From Trichomonas gallinae (taxonomy: Eukaryota): DNA of 57,653 nucleotides. A program made the translations under genes and the position numbers. This document shows positions 52,567-57,653 of the stretch, in pieces. The stretch is from contig MRSU01003374.1 of NCBI GenBank assembly GCA_008369845.1, forward strand, positions 1-57,653. Direction: 5' to 3'. The notes under the pieces are model-generated. The model worked only from the letters and a program-made list of their open reading frames with translations, did no database searches and had not been told where the DNA came from. Within the stretch, counting starts at the first letter, position 1, and the number at the start of each line of letters is the position of its first letter.

Positions 52567-53643
52567 TTAGTCAGACATTGAAGTTGTTCTTCGTAAAGGA
52601 GGTAATTGAGAACTACTACCAACAAAACTATGATTTGACATGGATGAAGCCAGTCTAATTCTACATTTCACATTTTTATCTGAATCAACAACTCTTCTGA
52701 AAAATGTATTTTCGACATTGGTATAGCTCTCATCGTTCCTTCCTGCCTTCTCTATTGGCTCGTATGTAAATCCTTCTATCATTCCATCATGGATCAATAA
52801 ACATCCACTAATATTATTAGTTTTTCCGTAATATGAATTTGAGAAAACTGTGTATAAGTTGGCACCATGGAATCTCTTAATTCCTTTTTCAACAAAACCA
52901 TGTGAACGGATTAATCTTTGAAGACGATTTTGCTTTAAAAACTTATTAATGACATCGACACCATAAAGGTATCCCATAAGACCTTGGTTTTGCATAAATT
53001 CACGCGACATCTCTGTTGGCTCACTCCAGATTAATGTGGAAGCAATATCAGAGTTATTATCCGGTCGTTTGACGGCTGATATTATGTCCAATGAAGGAAT
53101 GTTCGGGCCGATGCCTCCATGGACACAGAACGTTGTACCGGATATTACAGCTGCTAATGGAAGCTGATCAAACGTTTCGTTGAATAAATTCCATAAGCCT
53201 TCCGAATATTCAGTCGTAACTTCCTGGTAAAATCTCGTATTCGCGTTTATGTTTGCATATTCTTGATGACCATGCAATAAGAAAACATCGCGCGGAAATG
53301 AAACTTTCAATCCCATCACCAGGGCGACAACTTCAACTGAGTTCGGTCCTGAACCAGTATAGTCGCCTAAAAATAGATATTGCGTGAATGGAGGCATTCC
53401 CTGGTTTGCTATTATCTGCAAAAGATCCTGTAAATTTCCGTGTAAGTCACCTATGATGCAAAACCGACCTTCTAATTTCAATAGCGAGCTTTCCTTTGAC
53501 AAAATATTTTTCGCTTGGAACAATAATTTCGCTAAATCGACTTCATTGAAGTAAGGAATTGGCTGAAGTTCAGTTCCTATTGCTGAAAAAACCTCATCTT
53601 TATTAGTTAGATAATTCCTAAAAGCTTCAAGTATCAAAGTCAT
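52567..53643 (-). CDS. PPP-family (PP1-like) Ser/Thr phosphatase homolog, probably catalytically impaired
   Basis: GDLHG, YLFLGDY, CVHGG, LIWSEP, IRSH, TVFS present; GDxVDRG reads GDYTGSG and RGNHE reads HGHQE. Confidence 0.85.
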   Translation of the reverse strand: MTLILEAFRNYLTNKDEVFSAIGTELQPIPYFNEVDLAKLLFQAKNILSKESSLLKLEGRFCIIGDLHGNLQDLLQIIANQGMPPFTQYLFLGDYTGSGPNSVEVVALVMGLKVSFPRDVFLLHGHQEYANINANTRFYQEVTTEYSEGLWNLFNETFDQLPLAAVISGTTFCVHGGIGPNIPSLDIISAVKRPDNNSDIASTLIWSEPTEMSREFMQNQGLMGYLYGVDVINKFLKQNRLQRLIRSHGFVEKGIKRFHGANLYTVFSNSYYGKTNNISGCLLIHDGMIEGFTYEPIEKAGRNDESYTNVENTFFRRVVDSDKNVKCRIRLASSMSNHSFVGSSSQLPPLRRTTSMSD

Positions 53644-54989
53644 TTAAAAAAAATATGCTTTGAATATTTTGTATGAGGTTTTTAATTCCGGTCACAATTT
53701 TTGATCATCGGTTTATATCACTCAGTATGTATATGCAATAAGTGTTCGGAACTTTTGATGAGAAAATTTTTAGATTTGAATGAAAAATGCGCAACCAATG
53801 TCAACAATCATAAAAACCTAATAAGGAAAAATTTGATTGCTAATTTTTGAAAATTTTTTATCAACATTTCTACATTAGATCATTATAATAAGAGATTTTT
53901 TGGATTTAACTTTACAAACGCTAAGAAAAATTTTCTTATTTCAAAATTTAGAAAAAGAACTGTAAATGGAATTTTATAAAATATCGACAATATGCAGTAA
54001 AACGATTTTGGATAATCTCCAATTTTCATGTTTTTATTTTTGGTCAGCCAACAAATATCTTGGAAATTTTGGGAAATTTTTATAGCATTCTCTATAAAAA
54101 GCCTAGAATAAACATAAAATGCGTAAAATTAATCACGATGACATAATCTAATCGGGTTCTCCAAAAATAAATCTACAACATATTGATTTCTTTTGATTTT
54201 CTGGATCTATTGACAAATTTTCTGAGAAAAACATTATGGGCAGCAGCAATAATTGCAATAAAAAATTTGATTATTGAATTCCCATTTCTAAAGCTATTAA
54301 AATTACGCCAACATACGACCCCATCTAGTGCTGTGTTTAGGAAACGACTTCTTTTGATTGCTTTCGAGATGCGATATTGAAGGAATCCAGAACCAAACTG
54401 TATCGATGTTCACATCAAATTCATCAAACACAATATATCCAGCAGCGAATTTATTAAGTTAAATCATCACAGCCGAATCAAAAAAGCAGTATGAAAATTA
54501 TCAACTGCTATAAAAAGAATATATGAGGCCAACACACATCAATTAAATAATTGTTGAAATAGAATATGATTCATAAGGTTGATAAGAATAATATTGCATT
54601 TTAATATTAATTTCGATTCACAACTCGATTAAAATAATGATTAATGGCATTATAAGCATTATATTATCAATATTATCATTAATACATATGTATTCACTTC
54701 ATTGCTATATTTAAAGCTTTATTTTTATATATATTTCAATCTGTATTTATATATAAGATCATTATATTAACAAAACACACATTGTATATTCATCAAAATT
54801 AATCAATTAAATATTATGTTGATATACAAGATAAAATAAACAACAAATTCTATGAGGAAATCTTATCAATTGTAAAACAATTGTAAAATAGATTCTGAAT
54901 ACAAGCTAACTCGTGAAAATTGCTATTTGTGGATGATAGTAGTTTCCCTTTTTTCTGGTTTAAACTATTTCGCGTAAAATGTTAATTTT

Positions 54990-56078
54990 TCATCTAAGTG
55001 CTCCTTTTTCGATTAAATATCGTGCTAATTCTACATTATTTGATTTATTTGCGTAATACAAAGGTGTTTTATAGCCTTCCCCAAACCTTCCTGAATTACA
55101 ATTCACATTTGTTCCAATAGAGATCAGAGCCTTTGCTGCTTCAAATAAACCTTGACTACAGACATTCAATAACAGATTTTCAGCGAAAGATTTGCTCAGC
55201 TTGAATCCATTCTTGATTAAAAAGTGCATCAAATGATAATCATTGAGATGTGCTGCTTGACCGAAAACATACTCGATATTAACATTAAATCCTTTAGCTG
55301 TTATGTATTCGAAGAATGGCTGGCAGAAAATCTTTGCCGCAGCAATTGGTAATTTGTATTTACTTTTAATTCCATTTTCGATATAGAAAACGGCAGCATG
55401 AAGATTACCAAACTCAACACATTTATAAGGATTGATCTTTGAGCATCCAAAATTCGAAATAATCCAATCAGCAATTGAGTTATGATGATATTTAATTGCA
55501 ACTTTCAAAGCTGTTGAAAAATCGAATCCATTGTTATTGAGAATCTGAATTATTTCGTAATTGCCACCTTTTACAGCTGCTCTTACTGTATAATCTGCTT
55601 CTGGTTGAACATTATTGAGTGATATGTATTTGTATATGTTAACTGCTCCATATTCGGCACTCAAGTTAAGATATCTAGTGCTGAGATAGTTAGTTTGAGA
55701 ATTATTATTATTTGCAATTTTTTGAAACTCATCAACATCGTCTTTTTTAAAAGTATCTTGCAATCGAATAAAAAATTCATTAGTAGGCTTGTACGGAAGT
55801 GTGAATTTTAGCATTTTTTGTAATTCTAAAAATTCATTTTCTTGATTGCGACAATCATTAGCTCGTTCCGCTATATATTCTATAAATTTCTTCTGAACGT
55901 GTTTATGTTCCATAAGATTTATTAGTTTTGTCGCTGTATCTTGGAAATTTTCGCTGTTCATGTCCCAAATAAGATCTTCTGCAGACAACCAATGTGATAA
56001 ACTGGATGGATAGGACATGTCAACAATACTTATATACTTTGTAAGTTCGAGTTCTTTATTTTTATTTTCTTTAAACAT
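54990..56078 (-). CDS. Ankyrin-repeat protein of trichomonad DUF3447 type (start ATG 56078 or 56018)
   Basis: WLSAEDLIW, SAEYGAVNIYKY, AVKGGNYEII, AIKYHHNSIADWI, TPLYYA...ELARYLIEKGA. Confidence 0.85.
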   Translation of the reverse strand: MFKENKNKELELTKYISIVDMSYPSSLSHWLSAEDLIWDMNSENFQDTATKLINLMEHKHVQKKFIEYIAERANDCRNQENEFLELQKMLKFTLPYKPTNEFFIRLQDTFKKDDVDEFQKIANNNNSQTNYLSTRYLNLSAEYGAVNIYKYISLNNVQPEADYTVRAAVKGGNYEIIQILNNNGFDFSTALKVAIKYHHNSIADWIISNFGCSKINPYKCVEFGNLHAAVFYIENGIKSKYKLPIAAAKIFCQPFFEYITAKGFNVNIEYVFGQAAHLNDYHLMHFLIKNGFKLSKSFAENLLLNVCSQGLFEAAKALISIGTNVNCNSGRFGEGYKTPLYYANKSNNVELARYLIEKGALR

Positions 56079-56225
56079 AAATGTCACTTTTTATCGAAAT
56101 GGTTATCATATTTGGTATAAAGAGAAGCTATATTTATTAAACGCTTAATTTTTAAAGTAATAAATTCTAATAAAAATATTCCAAATAAAAAATCTAATAA
56201 GAAAATACAAATATATCATTAAAAA

Positions 56226-56897
56226 TCACCAGTGGTCAACGACAACATGACGATCAATGGCCAAGAAACGCTTCATCTTGAATGAATCAATTGGTGATGG
56301 TTCTTTTTCAACGAAAGTGTGGCCAATCGATGCCTTTGTTGGACGAGCTGCGCGCTGTGCTATTGATCCTTTGTATTTGTCTTTAGCTAGCTTTTCTTGT
56401 GCAGCTCTTTTTCTCGCCCAAGCTTGCTGTTCGAGTTCTCTTGCTGTCTTGAAGTGCATGCAATCATCCATCTCACTCCAAGTAGGAGTTGCTATGCCGT
56501 GAGTCATTTGGGCAACTCTAGCCTTGAATTGTTCTGGTGTTTCTTGATCTGGAGCATGTGTAATTATTTTCTGCATAATCGGGTGCTGTACCTGATAATC
56601 ACGGAATTGGCGTGATGTTATGCATCCATGGTTAACAGCAGATCTATTCGTTGCAATAAAATCTTGTTTTAGCTGAGATTCTTTTGGACGGCGACTTGAC
56701 ATTGGCTGGTTTTCGATTGCTGCCCAGTTGTCGAACATTTCTTTGACGCCTGCTTCTTTTTTGGATTTAATTCCATAAACATAACCTTCTCCAGGCAAAT
56801 TGTGCGTCGATGGCTTCGCGCGGGCGATTTCTGCCTCAACAATCAGCGCGTTTTTGGACATTGACGGCCTGTAGTCTCTGTAAGCTTTGTTGTTCAT
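56226..56897 (-). CDS. CFAP77: CFAP77-like (DUF4483) flagellar microtubule inner protein
   Basis: AKPSTHNLPGEGYVYG, DFIATNRSAV..G, THGIAT and FKMKRF match CFAP77 blocks; AAAAAAATG at 56897. Confidence 0.7.
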   Translation of the reverse strand: MNNKAYRDYRPSMSKNALIVEAEIARAKPSTHNLPGEGYVYGIKSKKEAGVKEMFDNWAAIENQPMSSRRPKESQLKQDFIATNRSAVNHGCITSRQFRDYQVQHPIMQKIITHAPDQETPEQFKARVAQMTHGIATPTWSEMDDCMHFKTARELEQQAWARKRAAQEKLAKDKYKGSIAQRAARPTKASIGHTFVEKEPSPIDSFKMKRFLAIDRHVVVDHW

Positions 56898-57440
56898 TTT
56901 TTTGGAATCTCGTTGAAATAAAAGTGACAAAATTACTTTACATTTCGAATTTCAACGAGATTTTGTACTGCAGCAACCTAGTTTCTCTTCGGATGTCAAT
57001 TTATTACTACAAAATGGATCTATATTATGAATTTGAGCGATTTTAAAAGAATTTTGATTTTGATTTCATATTTTTACGTAATTATGTTTTAATTCACCTA
57101 CTTTATTTTTATGAACTCATCTAAAAATTACTATATTCGGACTTTGAGCTACCATTTACCTTTATAGTTTTTGATTCTGATTTTATTTTAATGATTTCGC
57201 ATGAAAATGCATTAATTTATGTATCTTATTTTCATGAACTCATCAATGAAATACAGTTGGGAGGCTTTGAGCTATGATTTCGCTTTATATTTTTTATTTT
57301 TGAAACGAATCATCATCAAGTTGATTCGCTGAGAAAAATTATAAACTGAAACAGATGTTATTTAGTTTTAATATGATATTTTGTAAAAAAAGAAAAAAAA
57401 GGATGATATTTGTTATAACCAAACAGATGATATATATTGT

Positions 57441-57653
57441 TTAGTCAACTTCCTCGACACGTGGGCCGGAGCCAGATGGGCGAGCACCAGCAGATGGGCC
57501 AGCACCAGCAGCGCCACCAGCACCGCCCATGTTCTGGAACATGGATGGGTCGATGCCGCCTGGCATTCCACCAGCGCCTGGCATGCCGCCAGCACCACCA
57601 GCAGCAGCCTGGTAGGCCTTCTGCATGAGTGGCATCAACTGAGCCTCGACTTC
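57441..57653 (-). CDS. HSP70: Cytosolic Hsp70, C-terminal fragment (gene continues beyond the window)
   Basis: EVEAQLMPLMQKAYQ, GGMPG repeats, terminal GPRVEEVD. Confidence 0.9.
   Translation of the reverse strand, partial: EVEAQLMPLMQKAYQAAAGGAGGMPGAGGMPGGIDPSMFQNMGGAGGAAGAGPSAGARPSGSGPRVEEVD

Noticed and set aside
54150..54560. Coding-like stretch and 65-aa ORF 54183-54380
   Set aside because: No ATG-initiated long ORF or recognisable motif; could be gene debris but is unsupported
18711..56930. TTG/GTG starts in the ORF track at 20870, 21476, 27859, 31429, 50385, 56087 and 56930
   Set aside because: Each has a nearby in-frame ATG in a plausible context, so no non-AUG start is needed, unlike 32870 and 38613
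1..57653. Numerous 60-217 aa ORFs overlapping or antisense to long genes (e.g. 28539-29192, 12065-12535, 10399-10812)
   Set aside because: Shadow ORFs of codon-biased real genes; no family motifs
1..57653. Spliceosomal introns, tRNA or rRNA genes, Maverick/mariner elements
   Set aside because: No ACTAACACACAG-type 3' intron motif, cloverleaf, rRNA or transposase/integrase signature noticed by eye; short introns or small RNAs could have been missed without tools

Overview
Gene-dense, AT-rich eukaryotic DNA that looks like a Trichomonas-type parabasalid. This is inferred from apparently intronless genes, very short 5' leaders with Inr-like TCA(C/G)TT and AAAGTGAC motifs, A-rich start contexts and typical expanded families (transmembrane adenylyl cyclase, DUF3447-type ankyrin, Gly-rich protein, divergent DnaK, ALG5 paralog). 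There are 27 protein-coding genes on both strands in the standard code. They include an ABCB half-transporter, RalGAP-beta-like, Hsp70s, RIB43A, Furry/Tao3-like, AZUL-HECT E3, a kinase, SOF1, RPA1, an adenylyl cyclase, UNG, a class I PDE, a fringe-like glycosyltransferase, CK2-beta, a PPP-like phosphatase and CFAP77. I saw no rRNA, tRNA, CRISPR or recognisable transposon. Most notable: (1) two adjacent intact ORFs have ACG or TTG exactly where ATG is expected (TTAAAAA-NNN); (2) a TGWCATGTAAA-type element recurs in regularly spaced clusters near gene 5' ends; (3) an ALG5-like and a PPP-like protein are probable pseudoenzymes; (4) RIB43A carries a large Gly/Ala insert; (5) intergenic tandem duplications and possible decayed gene remnants are present. 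All family calls come from motif recognition, not database searches.
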